In this document: in pieces, positions 32,062 to 40,977 of the stretch | Numbering within the stretch: position 1 is the stretch's first letter | Layout of the letters: each line of letters opens with the position of its first letter | NCBI GenBank assembly: GCA_963771725.1 | Contig: CAVYUO010000005.1 | Span: 164,929 to 228,928, forward strand | Source of the DNA: an uncultured Actinomycetes bacterium | GTDB lineage: Bacteria > Actinomycetota > Thermoleophilia > Gaiellales > Gaiellaceae | Reading direction: 5' to 3' | Length of the DNA stretch: 64,000 nt | The notes under the pieces: model-generated | What the model was told of the DNA's origin: nothing | The model's database searches: none | The model's input: only the letters and a program-made list of their open reading frames with translations | Position numbers and translations under genes: made by a program

Positions 32062-32849
32062 GATTCATTCGCCGGCACCTGCTCACGGTGTACGCGATGC
32101 TCGCGTTCGCGTATCTGCTCGTGCCGATCGGGATCGTGATCCTCTTCTCGTTCAACGACCCGGCCGGCCGCTTCAACTACACGTGGCAGGGGTTCACGCT
32201 CGACCATTGGCGTAACTGGGACGGGGTGCCGGGGCTGCGCGAAGCGATGGTGCTCTCGCTCGAGATCGCGCTCGTCGCGAGCATCCTCGCAACGGTTCTG
32301 GGCACGCTGATCGCGCTCGCGCTCGTGCGTTACGGGTTCCGCGGCCGCGGCGCGACGAACCTGCTCATCTTCCTCCCGATGTCCACGCCGGAGATCGTCC
32401 TCGGCGCCTCCCTGCTGACGCTCTTCATCAACCTCAACGTCTTCCTCGGCTTCACCACGATCCTCATCGCCCACGTCATGTTCTGCATCAGCTACGTCGT
32501 CGTGACCGTGAAAGCGCGGCTGATCGGCTTCGACCGCAGCCTCGAGGAGGCGGCGATGGACCTCGGCGCCAACGAGTGGACGACCTTCCGGAAGGTGACT
32601 CTGCCGCTGATCGCGCCGGCGATCCTGGCGGGCGCGCTCCTGTCGTTCGCTCTCTCGGTGGACGACTTCGTGATCACGTACTTCAACTCCGGCTCCGAGA
32701 TCACGTTCCCGCTCTTCGTCTGGGGAGCGGCCCGCGTGGGAGCGCCGCCGCAGGTTAACGTGATGGGGACGATCATCTTCATCGTCGCACTCAGCCTGAT
32801 GGCGCTCAACATCCTGCTGCAGCGGCGACGGGAGGCCCGGCCCGCATGA
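32058..32849 (+). CDS. ABC permease, PotC type, copy 2
   Basis: LEEAAMDLGANEWTTFRKVTLP. 4-nt overlap with the previous gene. Confidence 0.9.
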   Translation: MRFIRRHLLTVYAMLAFAYLLVPIGIVILFSFNDPAGRFNYTWQGFTLDHWRNWDGVPGLREAMVLSLEIALVASILATVLGTLIALALVRYGFRGRGATNLLIFLPMSTPEIVLGASLLTLFINLNVFLGFTTILIAHVMFCISYVVVTVKARLIGFDRSLEEAAMDLGANEWTTFRKVTLPLIAPAILAGALLSFALSVDDFVITYFNSGSEITFPLFVWGAARVGAPPQVNVMGTIIFIVALSLMALNILLQRRREARPA

Positions 32850-34231
32850 CCGCAATCCGCACCCACATCGAGATCGACCGTGACCGCATCCGCGAGCTGA
32901 CGCAGCGCGAGAGCAAGCGTCTCGACGAGCAGACGCAGGGCTCGAAGCGGATGTTCGAGCGCGCTCGAAAGGTTCTGCCGGGAGGCGTGCCGTCCTCGTA
33001 TCAGGTGCGCGACCCCTGGCCGATCTACCTCGAGCGCGGGGAGGGCGCCTCCGTCTGGGACGCCGACGGACGCCACCTCTGGGATTTCCACAACGGCTTC
33101 GGCTCGATGCCCCAGGGGCATGCGCACCCGGCCATCGTCAAGGCCGTCGAGGAGCGGGTACGGCTCGGAACGCATTTCGCGGCGCCGACAGAGGATGGGA
33201 TCGAGGTCGCAGAGGAGCTTGCGCGCCGCTTCGGTCTGCCGAAATGGCGCTACAACAACTCGGGCTCCGAGGCGACGATGGACGCGATCCGGATCGCCCG
33301 CGCCCTGACGGGGCGCGACACGTTCCTCAAGATCTTCGGCTCGTATCACGGCCACCACGACGGGGTCATGGTCGCGGTCGGCGACGTCGACACCGAGGTC
33401 GATCCCGACGACATCCCCTCGACTCCCTACGGCGCAGGCGTGCCTCAGGCCGTCGCCGACCTCACGGTGGCGGTGCCGTTCAACGATGCGGGAGCGCTCG
33501 AGCGCCGCATCGAGCGTCTCGACGCCGAAGGCCGCAAGCCGGCCTGTCTGATCATGGAGGCGGCCCTGATGAACATCGGCGTCGTCATGCCCGAGGAGGG
33601 CTACCTCGAGGCCGTCAGGGACATCACCCGCCGCCACGAGGTCGTCCTCATCTTCGACGAGGTCAAGACGGGCCTCGCAATCGCCGCCGGCGGCGCCACC
33701 GAGCGTTTCGGCGTGCAGCCGGACATGATCACCCTGGCGAAGACCCTCGGCGGCGGCCTCCCGTCGGGCGCGATCGGCGGCACGGAGGAGGTCATGTCCG
33801 TCGTCGAGGACGGCTCCGTGTACCAGGTCGGCACGTTCAACGGCAACCCGCTGACCATGGCCGCCGCGAAGGCGAGCCTGCTCGAAGTGCTGACGCCTGA
33901 TGCCTATCAGCACCTCGACCGGATCAACGAGCGCCTCCTGGCCGGCTGTCAGGACGTCATCGACCGCCATGGACTGCCCGGCTACAGCGTCGGGATCGGG
34001 AGCAAGGGCTGCGTCACCTTCGCGGACGAGAAGATCACCGACTTCGCGACCTTCAAGAAGCACCAGGACGCTGACCTGGCGGAGCTCGCATGGCTCTACA
34101 ACCTGAACCGCGGGATCTTCATGACGCCTGGACGCGAGGAGGAGTGGACGCTGTCGATCGCGCATACCGAGGAAGCCGCGGATGACTACGTCACTTGCTT
34201 CGACGAGATGGCGCGCGACCTGACCGCCTGA
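32846..34231 (+). CDS. Class-III (GSA-aminomutase-like) PLP aminotransferase
   Basis: ...NNSGSEATMDAIRIARALTGR...GSYHGHHD...FDEVKTG...LAKTLGGGLP... Confidence 0.85.
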   Translation: MTAIRTHIEIDRDRIRELTQRESKRLDEQTQGSKRMFERARKVLPGGVPSSYQVRDPWPIYLERGEGASVWDADGRHLWDFHNGFGSMPQGHAHPAIVKAVEERVRLGTHFAAPTEDGIEVAEELARRFGLPKWRYNNSGSEATMDAIRIARALTGRDTFLKIFGSYHGHHDGVMVAVGDVDTEVDPDDIPSTPYGAGVPQAVADLTVAVPFNDAGALERRIERLDAEGRKPACLIMEAALMNIGVVMPEEGYLEAVRDITRRHEVVLIFDEVKTGLAIAAGGATERFGVQPDMITLAKTLGGGLPSGAIGGTEEVMSVVEDGSVYQVGTFNGNPLTMAAAKASLLEVLTPDAYQHLDRINERLLAGCQDVIDRHGLPGYSVGIGSKGCVTFADEKITDFATFKKHQDADLAELAWLYNLNRGIFMTPGREEEWTLSIAHTEEAADDYVTCFDEMARDLTA

Positions 34232-34485
34232 CCCGGATCACCGTCACCGTCTCTCCGGGCGCGTCTCGCACCGAGCTGGTCGGGCGCCATGGCGACGGCT
34301 GGCGCGCTCGAGTGGCCGCGGCGCCCGAGCGGGGGCGCGCCAACGAGGCGCTCGTGGAGCTCCTGGCTGACGCGCTCGACGTGCCGCGGAGCCGGGTGTC
34401 GGTAGTCGGAGGACAGACGGGGCGCCGCAAGATCGTCGAGGTCGTCGGGCTCGACGGAGAGGAGATCGTGCGACGGCTCGGGTAG
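34195..34485 (+). CDS. DUF167 (YggU-like) family protein
   Basis: ITVTVSPGASRTELVG...RVAAAPERGRANEALVELLADALDVPRSRVSVVGGQTGRRKIVEV. The TTG start is uncertain. Confidence 0.7.
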   Translation: MLRRDGARPDRLTRITVTVSPGASRTELVGRHGDGWRARVAAAPERGRANEALVELLADALDVPRSRVSVVGGQTGRRKIVEVVGLDGEEIVRRLG

Positions 34486-34491
34486 GCCGGG

Positions 34492-35836
34492 CTACTGGAC
34501 CAGCTCGCGGACTGCCTCGCCGAAGACCTCCGTGTGCAGGTCGACATCCGCTTCGGTGGTCGCCGGCGACATCAGGGCCATGTTGTGGAACGGCGTCAAG
34601 AGGATGCCGCGATTGAGGGCGTAGAGGTGAATCAGGCGGTCGAGCAGGTGATCGCTGCCGGCGGCCGCCTCGCTGCCGTTCGCCGGGCGCTCGGCGCGGA
34701 ACAGGTACTCGACCCGGGCGCCGAGGCGCGTCACGTGCCAGGGCAGGGAAGCGCCGTCGATTGCAGCCTGGACTCCCTGCTCGAACCGCTCGCCGAGCTC
34801 GATCATGTGCGCGAACGCGTCGTCGGTGAGGACGTGCTCGAGCGTGGCCCGCATCGCAGCGAGCGAGAGGACGTTGCCCGCGAGCGTTCCTCCGACTCCG
34901 CCGATATCCGACTCGTCCCGGCCGATGGCCGCTCCGACGCGCTCCGCGACCTCGGCGGAGAATCCGTAAGCCGCTGCGGGAATCCCGCTCCCGATCGCCT
35001 TCCCAACGGTGAGCAGGTCCGGTTCGAGCCCGTGCTTCCTCGTGTATCCGCCCGGGCCGGCGCAGAGCGTGTGCGTCTCGTCGACGATCAGCAGGGCTCT
35101 GCGTACGGCGCGTCAGGTCGCGCAGTGCCTCGTGGAAGCCCGGCTCGGGATGGACGATCCCGACGTTCGTCAAGACCGGCTCGGTGAGGACGCAGGCGAC
35201 GTCGCCGTGCGCCAGCTCACGCTCGAGCGCGTCGACATCGTTCCACTCGACGACCCGCGTCGTCTCGTCCAGGGGCACCGGCGGGCCGAGATTGCCGTGC
35301 CGCTCGACGACCCGGCCGTCCTGAAGCGTGGCGAATGTCTCGTCGACCGTGCCGTGGTAGCACCAGTTGAAGACGAGCACCTTCGGGCGGCCCGTGACCA
35401 GGCGGGCGAGCCGGATCGCGAACCGGTTGGCGTCGGTCGCGGTCAGCGCGAACTGCCACCGGGGAAGTCCGAAGCGGCGCGAGAGCTCCTCGCCCACCCT
35501 GAGGGCGTCCTCGCTCGGAAGCATGAGCGTGATCCCGCGGGCGGCCTGCTCCGCGACCGCGCGAGCGACCGGCTCCGGCGAGTGCCCTGTCATGGCTCCC
35601 GTGTCGCCGAGGCAGAAATCGACGTAGTCGACCCCGTCGACGTCCCGAAAGTGCGCCCCTGACGCCTCGCTGGCGAAGATCGGAAAGCCGCCGGGCCACC
35701 GAACCATCCAGTGCATGGGCACTCCCGCGAGCAGCGAGGAGTGCGCGCGCTCGGCGAGCTGAGCGGACCGCGGATGCTCGCGCTGAAAACGCTCGAGCTC
35801 GCGCTCGAGCAGACGCTCCGCGAGCTCGTTGGCCAC
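34492..35836 (-). CDS. Class-III (GSA-aminomutase-like) PLP aminotransferase. One frame break near 35095-35100.
   Basis: The N-terminal 250 aa lie in ORF 34244..35836 up to ALRDLTRR. The protein continues as LLIVDETHTLCAGPGGYTRKHGLEPDLLTVGKAIGSGIP...MRATLEHVL... in the frame of ORF 34492..34854. Confidence 0.85.
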
Positions 35837-35995
35837 GGCGCTATTCGATCATGCGGGCACAACGCCCACTAGGACCTTCGGTCCCTGGAGGCTTCGCCGG
35901 GAAGTTTTTCGGTCGTTTCGGGCCCAAATATGGGTCCAGCGGCCCATTGTGGGCACCCTCGCCCCACTGCGATGCTGGACTGGAGAGATTTGTCA

Positions 35996-37729
35996 ATGCG
36001 AATGAGGGTCAAAAAGGCGGCGGCTTCGCGGGTTGGCCGGCCTACGGTCTCTGCCGGAGGCTTGGCGGCAGCCGTGGCTGCGCTTGTGCTCATTGCGGTG
36101 GCGCTGCCCGCAGCTGCGTCGTCCGCAGTCTCCATGGGAGAGGGCGTGACGATCGACGCCGCCGCGACCGGCACCGGCAAGACCGTGGTCTGGGGCCTCT
36201 CGCGGTCCGGAAGCGCGGGCGTCTCGGGAGGCACGTGCGGCAACCGGCTCCAGTGCTTCAAGAACGGGATCACGCAGGCGAACACGGATACGACGCCGTT
36301 CGTCGAGAACGCCGGGCTCGTCATCATCAACGTCGCCGAGCCCGATCAGGACGTGAACCTGGCGCTCAGCGGCAAGCAGCACCTCATCGCTCCGGACGCC
36401 GATCCGAACCACAACGGCAGGCCGGACGTCATCGACTCGCTGAACAGAGTCTCTCTGGGCGGCGGAACATGCTTTACGTGCGCCCTGCAGGCAGCGGAGA
36501 GAGAGCTGGCGACGGCACGGCCCGAGTCGGAGAAGGTGATCGTGCTCGTGTCCGAGCGGCCCAACACGTTCCGCTCCACGGGGTTCACCTCGAGCGGGCA
36601 GCCGACCGGATACCCGCCGATGGAGATGTGGGCGATGGCGGGGCACTTCGACGCCAACACGGTCGTTCGCGCCTTTGCGGTCGGACCGGAGGTGAGCTGC
36701 GCCTCCAACCCGAACGGCCCCGCCTACGGCAGCCTGAACAGCGCGGCAGCGGTGACTCCCGGTGGAACCTGCACCGACGTCGCGAGCTTCGAGGGCCTGG
36801 GCACCGTGCTCACGAATGCGGTTACCGGCGGCGCGCCGCCTCCGCCGCCGCCACCGCCGCCGCCTCCCGCCTCCGCCGCCTCCTGCCGCCCACCTCCTCC
36901 GCCGCCACCTCCGCCTCCTCCTCCGCCACCGCCGCCGCCTCCACCGCCTCCGCCTCCGCCACCGCCTCCACCGCCTCCGCCGCCGCCTCCGCCACCGCCT
37001 CCACCGCCGCCACCGCCACCGCCACCGCCACCGCCACCACCACCGCCTGGTGGGCAGGCATACGCAGAGGCCGTCCGCGCCGATAACCCGCGCGCGTACT
37101 GGCGCCTCGGCGAGCTGGCGGGAACCGTCGCGCACGAGGACCAGGAGCGAACGAACGGGACGTACAGCGGCGGTGTCGTGCTCGGCGTCGCACCGGCGAC
37201 CCATGACGCGGACACGGCCGCGCGCTTCGACGGCGGCAACGACAAGGTCGCAGTGCCCGATCCCGCGAACGGCAGCCTCGACTTCGGGGTCGACGACTTC
37301 ACGGTCGAGGTGTGGACGAGGCCGCTCGCGAGCGACGAGCGCACGATCGTCTCGAAGCGTTCCGCCACCGCAGGCGAGCCCTACTGGGAGCTCACGGTCA
37401 CGGACGACCCCGACCACAACGGCAAGATCCGGGCTATCTACTTCGACGGGACGAACACGCGCACCGCGTACTCGACCACCGGAGTGCTCGGCGGCGCGTG
37501 GCACCACGTCATCGCCTGGTTCGACCGCGACGCGGGTGTGACGCTCTGGGTCGACGGGGTGACGAACTTCATACCGCTGGCGATAACACCCGACGTCAGC
37601 AACACCGGCCAGGTCGAGATCGGAAAGGCGGCCACGCACCCGTACTACAAGGGGGACCTCGACGAGGTCGCTCTCTATGCCGGCCTGCTGCCCGTCGCGC
37701 GGGCCCAGGCGCACCGCGACGCCGCGTAG
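35996..37729 (+). CDS. Secreted protein: vWA-like domain (degenerate MIDAS), then a P11+P53 polyproline linker, then a LamG/concanavalin-like (Laminin_G_3) domain
   Basis: Signal MRMRVKKAAASRVGRPTVSAGGLAAAVAALVLIAVALPAAAS. vWA-like VVWGLSRSGS...GGGTCFTCALQAA...KVIVLVSERPN. LamG-like DFTVEVWTRP...WHHVIAWFDRDAGVTLWVDG...GDLDEVALY. Both flanking domains are in the same frame. Confidence 0.7.
   Translation: MRMRVKKAAASRVGRPTVSAGGLAAAVAALVLIAVALPAAASSAVSMGEGVTIDAAATGTGKTVVWGLSRSGSAGVSGGTCGNRLQCFKNGITQANTDTTPFVENAGLVIINVAEPDQDVNLALSGKQHLIAPDADPNHNGRPDVIDSLNRVSLGGGTCFTCALQAAERELATARPESEKVIVLVSERPNTFRSTGFTSSGQPTGYPPMEMWAMAGHFDANTVVRAFAVGPEVSCASNPNGPAYGSLNSAAAVTPGGTCTDVASFEGLGTVLTNAVTGGAPPPPPPPPPPPASAASCRPPPPPPPPPPPPPPPPPPPPPPPPPPPPPPPPPPPPPPPPPPPPPPPPPPPPPGGQAYAEAVRADNPRAYWRLGELAGTVAHEDQERTNGTYSGGVVLGVAPATHDADTAARFDGGNDKVAVPDPANGSLDFGVDDFTVEVWTRPLASDERTIVSKRSATAGEPYWELTVTDDPDHNGKIRAIYFDGTNTRTAYSTTGVLGGAWHHVIAWFDRDAGVTLWVDGVTNFIPLAITPDVSNTGQVEIGKAATHPYYKGDLDEVALYAGLLPVARAQAHRDAA
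36836..37048 (+). repeat. (CCN)n triplet tract encoding 11 Pro, then ASAASCR, then 53 consecutive Pro
   Basis: I counted codons directly. 36836-36868 is 11 CCN codons. 36890-37048 is 53 CCN codons. The 21-nt interruption has the same sequence composition. Confidence 0.9.
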
Positions 37730-37772
37730 GTAAGACCCTCCTGACGAAGCCTCGTTACGCTGCGAGGCCACG

Positions 37773-38121
37773 ATGCCCGAGGCCTGGCTGGAGCTCGACA
37801 CCGCTCTGAAGGAGCGGCTGCACGACGTGCTCGACGACCCACAGCGCCCGGTCACCGAGGCGGAGCTACGGAAGCTCTCCGAGGAAGGTCGAGCCTGCAC
37901 GCTCATCCTCGGCGGAGAGCTACAGCGCCTCGAGCAGCGGCTGGCCGAGCTCGATCGTGATCCCGGCAGCTCCCTGGGGGCAATCGCAGGCACCTTTCGC
38001 CGCGTCCACGACTTTCGCGCGCACCTCGACGAGCTCGGCGGGCTCCTGTCCGCGCTGGAGAGTCGTGCTCGCGAGGTCCGAACGTCCTGGCTGCTGGGTG
38101 CGCCGCCGCCGGCGGTCCTAG
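37773..38121 (+). CDS. Hypothetical small helical protein. End uncertain: it runs without a stop into the next gene's frame.
   Basis: MPEAWLELDTALKERLHDVLDDPQRPVTEAELRKLSEEGR...LDELGGLLSALESRAREV. The nearest stop is a TAG at 38119-38121 in the +1 frame. Confidence 0.35.
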
Positions 38122-38123
38122 CG

Positions 38124-39277
38124 CTGGCACACCGAGTCCTCTTTAGCTGCGTCCCCGGCTTCGGGCCATTTCCACCCGCTGGTGCCGCTCGCGCGCGCAT
38201 TCGCCCAGGCTGGCCACGAGGTCGCCTTCACCACGTCGCCCTATTTCGAGGAGCACGTCGAAGCGGCCGGGTTCTCCTTTCTCCCTGCCGGCATCGACCA
38301 CGCCGAGCGCGTGGGCAAGGTTCGAGCCGTTTCAGGCCGAGCACCTGGCGCTGCCGCTGGAGGAACGACGGGCCTTCCTGTTCCCACACATGTTCGGGAC
38401 GATCGAAGCGCCGGCGAAGATCGACGAGCTCCGCGAGCTCGTGCGCGCCTGGCAACCAGACCTGATCGTCCACGACTCCGCCGACCTCGCAGCGCCGGTT
38501 GCCGCCGCGGAGGCCGGAGTCCCGTCCGTCAACCACAGCTTCGGCCGGCTCGTCCCGCGTCGACGTCGTCGCGGCAGCGGCCTCCGCGGCAGGGCTGTCA
38601 GCGGATCCGCTAGGCGGAATGTTCCGAGGGATCTACGTGGACATCGCGCCGCCGAGCTTCCAGACGGAGGCGCTTCCCGCCGGAGCGCGGGTCGAGCGCC
38701 TGCGGCCGGTCCCGGTCGAGCCGCCGGCAACGGAACGAGCGCCCGAGTGGCTCGACCGGCTTGCTGACCGGCCGACCGTCTACGTCACGCTCGGAACGGT
38801 CTTCAACGATCTCTCGGTGTTCCGGGTGCTGCTCGACGCGCTCGCCGACGTCGAGTGCAACGTGATCGCGACGGTCGGCCCGAGGAGCGACCCGGCCGAG
38901 CTGGGGCCGATCCCAGAGAACGCGCACGTAGAGCGGTACATCTCGCAGTCGCTCGTCCTCCCTCTGGCCTCGGTGGCGATAGCCCACGGCGGCTCCGGCT
39001 CGACGCTGGCCGCCCTGGCGCATGGGTTGCCGATGCTCGTCGTGCCGCAGGGCGCCGACCAGTTCGAGAACGCGCAGCAATGTGTTGCGATCGGGGTCGC
39101 CAGGCTCTTGCTTCCGCACGAGCTGAGTGCGCAGGCCGCACGGGAGGCGGTCGTCTCCCTTCTCGAGGACGATGTGCACAGAGAGTCCGCGCGAGGGGTC
39201 GCCCAGGAGATTTCGACGCTGCCCGAGCCCGCCGCGCTCGTACCGAGGCTCGTTGCAACAGCACTCCGGGCCGTTAG
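38124..39277 (+). CDS. GT1-family (MGT/UDP-glycosyltransferase-like) glycosyltransferase. At least three frame breaks (about 38166, 38324, 38558). Start and stop unclear.
   Basis: RVLFSCVPGFG (frame 0). HFHPLVPLARAFAQAGHEVAFTTSPYFEEHVEAAGFSFLPAG (frame 1). EPFQAEHLALPLEERRAFLFPHMFGT...DLIVHDSADLAAPVAAAEAGVPSVNHSFG (frame 2). ...PTVYVTLGTVFN...IAHGGSGSTLAALAHGLPMLVVPQGADQFENA (frame 0). Confidence 0.7.
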
Positions 39278-39288
39278 GTTTCCGCACT

Positions 39289-40335
39289 GTGTTGAGACGG
39301 ATCTCGCTGATCGCGGTGGTTCTGGCTCTCGCAGCGACGTCGCTGGCTTTCGCGCCGGGCGGCAAGACCGATTTCAGCTGGCAGCTGTCGCCGACCGGCT
39401 CGAGCGCTCGCCTCCGCGGGCTGTCCGTGGTCAGCTCGTCCGTGGTCTGGGCCAGCGGCAGTGGGGGCACCGTCCTGCGGACGGTCAACGGCGGGGCCAC
39501 CTGGCAGAACGTCGGCCCTCCGGGTACCGCGACCCTGCAGTTCCGCGACATCGAAGCCTTCGACGCCGACAACGCTGTGATCCTCTCGATCGGTCCCGGC
39601 GAGGAATCCCGCGTGTACGTGACCTCGAACGGGGGCCAGAGCTGGACACTCGCGTTCGTCAACGAGGACCCCAACGCGTTCTACGACTGCATGGCGTTCT
39701 TCGACCGCCACCGTGGGCTGGCCCTGTCCGACCCCGTCCAGGGACGGTTCCGGATCCTCGCCACGAGCAACGGCGGCCGGAGCTGGCGCGTGCTCGACAC
39801 GGAGATGCCGCCTGCGCTCCCCGGTGAGTTCGCCTTCGCGGCCAGCGGGCAGTGCATAACGACCACCGGTGGACGCGATGCCTTCTTCGGAACCGGCGGC
39901 GACGTCGAGGCTCGTGTCTTCCACTCCGGCGACCGCGGCCAGACATGGCAGGTGAGCACGACTCCGATTCGCAGCGGCCCGAGCGCAGGGATCTTCGCGC
40001 TCGCGTTCCGCGATGCACGCCATGGTCTCGCCTGCGGGCGGCGACTTCCTCCTGCCCGCCGCGTCGCCGGACGCCCTCGCGCTGACCGACGACGGCGGCG
40101 TGACCTGGCAACTCGTCGCCGACGCGCCGAACGAGTACCGCTCAGGTGCGCACTGGGTGAACGGGCAGGTCGCGATCATCGTCGGGCCCACCGGCAGCGA
40201 CGCGACCGCCGATGCCGGACGGTCCTGGGACAATTCGACGGCGGTAGCTTCGACACCGTGGACTGTGCGGGCGGCTGGGTATGCTGGGCCTCGGGCGAGC
40301 AGGGCCGAGTGGCCTACCTCGTCAGACAGCCCTGA
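39289..40335 (+). CDS. Secreted Asp-box (BNR) beta-propeller protein, Ycf48/sialidase-like. Two frame breaks (about 40041, about 40230).
   Basis: Signal (M)LRRISLIAVVLALAATSLAFA. Six Asp-box-like motifs: TVNGGATWQ, TSNGGQSWT, TSNGGRSWR, SGDRGQTWQ, TDDGGVTWQ, DAGRSW. The middle part lies in ORF 40013..40483. Confidence 0.75.
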   Translation: MLRRISLIAVVLALAATSLAFAPGGKTDFSWQLSPTGSSARLRGLSVVSSSVVWASGSGGTVLRTVNGGATWQNVGPPGTATLQFRDIEAFDADNAVILSIGPGEESRVYVTSNGGQSWTLAFVNEDPNAFYDCMAFFDRHRGLALSDPVQGRFRILATSNGGRSWRVLDTEMPPALPGEFAFAASGQCITTTGGRDAFFGTGGDVEARVFHSGDRGQTWQVSTTPIRSGPSAGIFALAFRDARHGLACGRRLPPARRVAGRPRADRRRRRDLATRRRRAERVPLRCALGERAGRDHRRAHRQRRDRRCRTVLGQFDGGSFDTVDCAGGWVCWASGEQGRVAYLVRQP

Positions 40336-40829
40336 CGCCGCGACGGCGACTTCCTCAGCCGAGGACGCCCTTCGAGGGAGGCTTCTTCCTTGCCGAGCGG
40401 GCTCGGATTCAGTGCGACGTGCTCGAGTCGCTCTACGGCTTCGTGCACGGAGTCGATCAGGATCGCCCGTTCCTCGTGACTGAGGTCAGGCAGGTCTTTT
40501 AGCGACTGGATGCTGCCGCGAAGGGCGGTGAGGGGATTTGCGATGCGATGCCGCATGAGCCGTCGGTAGTCCACAAGCGCGCGCTCGTAGTCGGCCTCCT
40601 TGATCGTGGCCTCATTTTCCACGGCTAGGAGGCCGCACACCATTCTGCGAATGCCGAAGATGAGCAGGGTGAGCAGCAAGACGGCCAGGCCGTCCACAAG
40701 GAGGGAAAAGGCAAGCGGCTCATCGCCCCTGAACGCGACGTAGTAGCGGTCGGCCGCCCGCACGAGGAAGAAAGCCATCAGTGCGGCAAGCCACGGGAAA
40801 GCCCGTCCGAAACGGGCGAGATGACGCAA
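40314..40829 (-). CDS. Membrane protein with a HisKA (DHp) phosphoacceptor domain only; no ATPase domain
   Basis: Two TM helices (FPWLAALMAFFLV, LAVLLLTLLIFGI), then an H-box MRHRIANPLTALRGSIQSL and a second DHp helix. The ORF ends inside the convergent propeller gene, which leaves no room for HATPase_c. Confidence 0.6.
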   Translation of the reverse strand: MRHLARFGRAFPWLAALMAFFLVRAADRYYVAFRGDEPLAFSLLVDGLAVLLLTLLIFGIRRMVCGLLAVENEATIKEADYERALVDYRRLMRHRIANPLTALRGSIQSLKDLPDLSHEERAILIDSVHEAVERLEHVALNPSPLGKEEASLEGRPRLRKSPSRRQGCLTR

Positions 40830-40933
40830 GTACGACGAGCGCCAGGACAGTCTCTAGCGAGGCGAGCGTGAAGCTGCAGGACGTCGGCCATCGTTCATAC
40901 CGCCAAGGTTGACGCCGAACTGCGTCCAGGAAG

Positions 40934-40961
40934 GCGCCGGGGACTAATGTGCCCCCGGCGC
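40934..40961 (-). terminator. GC-rich hairpin downstream of the cupredoxin-domain gene
   Basis: GCGCCGGGG (40934-40942) pairs with CCCCGGCGC (40953-40961), a 9-bp stem. There is no clear U-tract. Confidence 0.4.
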
Positions 40962-40977
40962 TTCGATGTGTTCGTCG

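Noticed and set aside
35993-38200. The 735-aa minus-strand ORF, and the poly-Gly ORF 36724..37368, antisense to the vWA/LamG gene
   Set aside because: The composition is Arg/Gly/Trp repeats with no domain. They are the stop-free antisense of a GC-rich gene and of the CCN tract. The plus-strand reading has a signal peptide and two recognisable domains.
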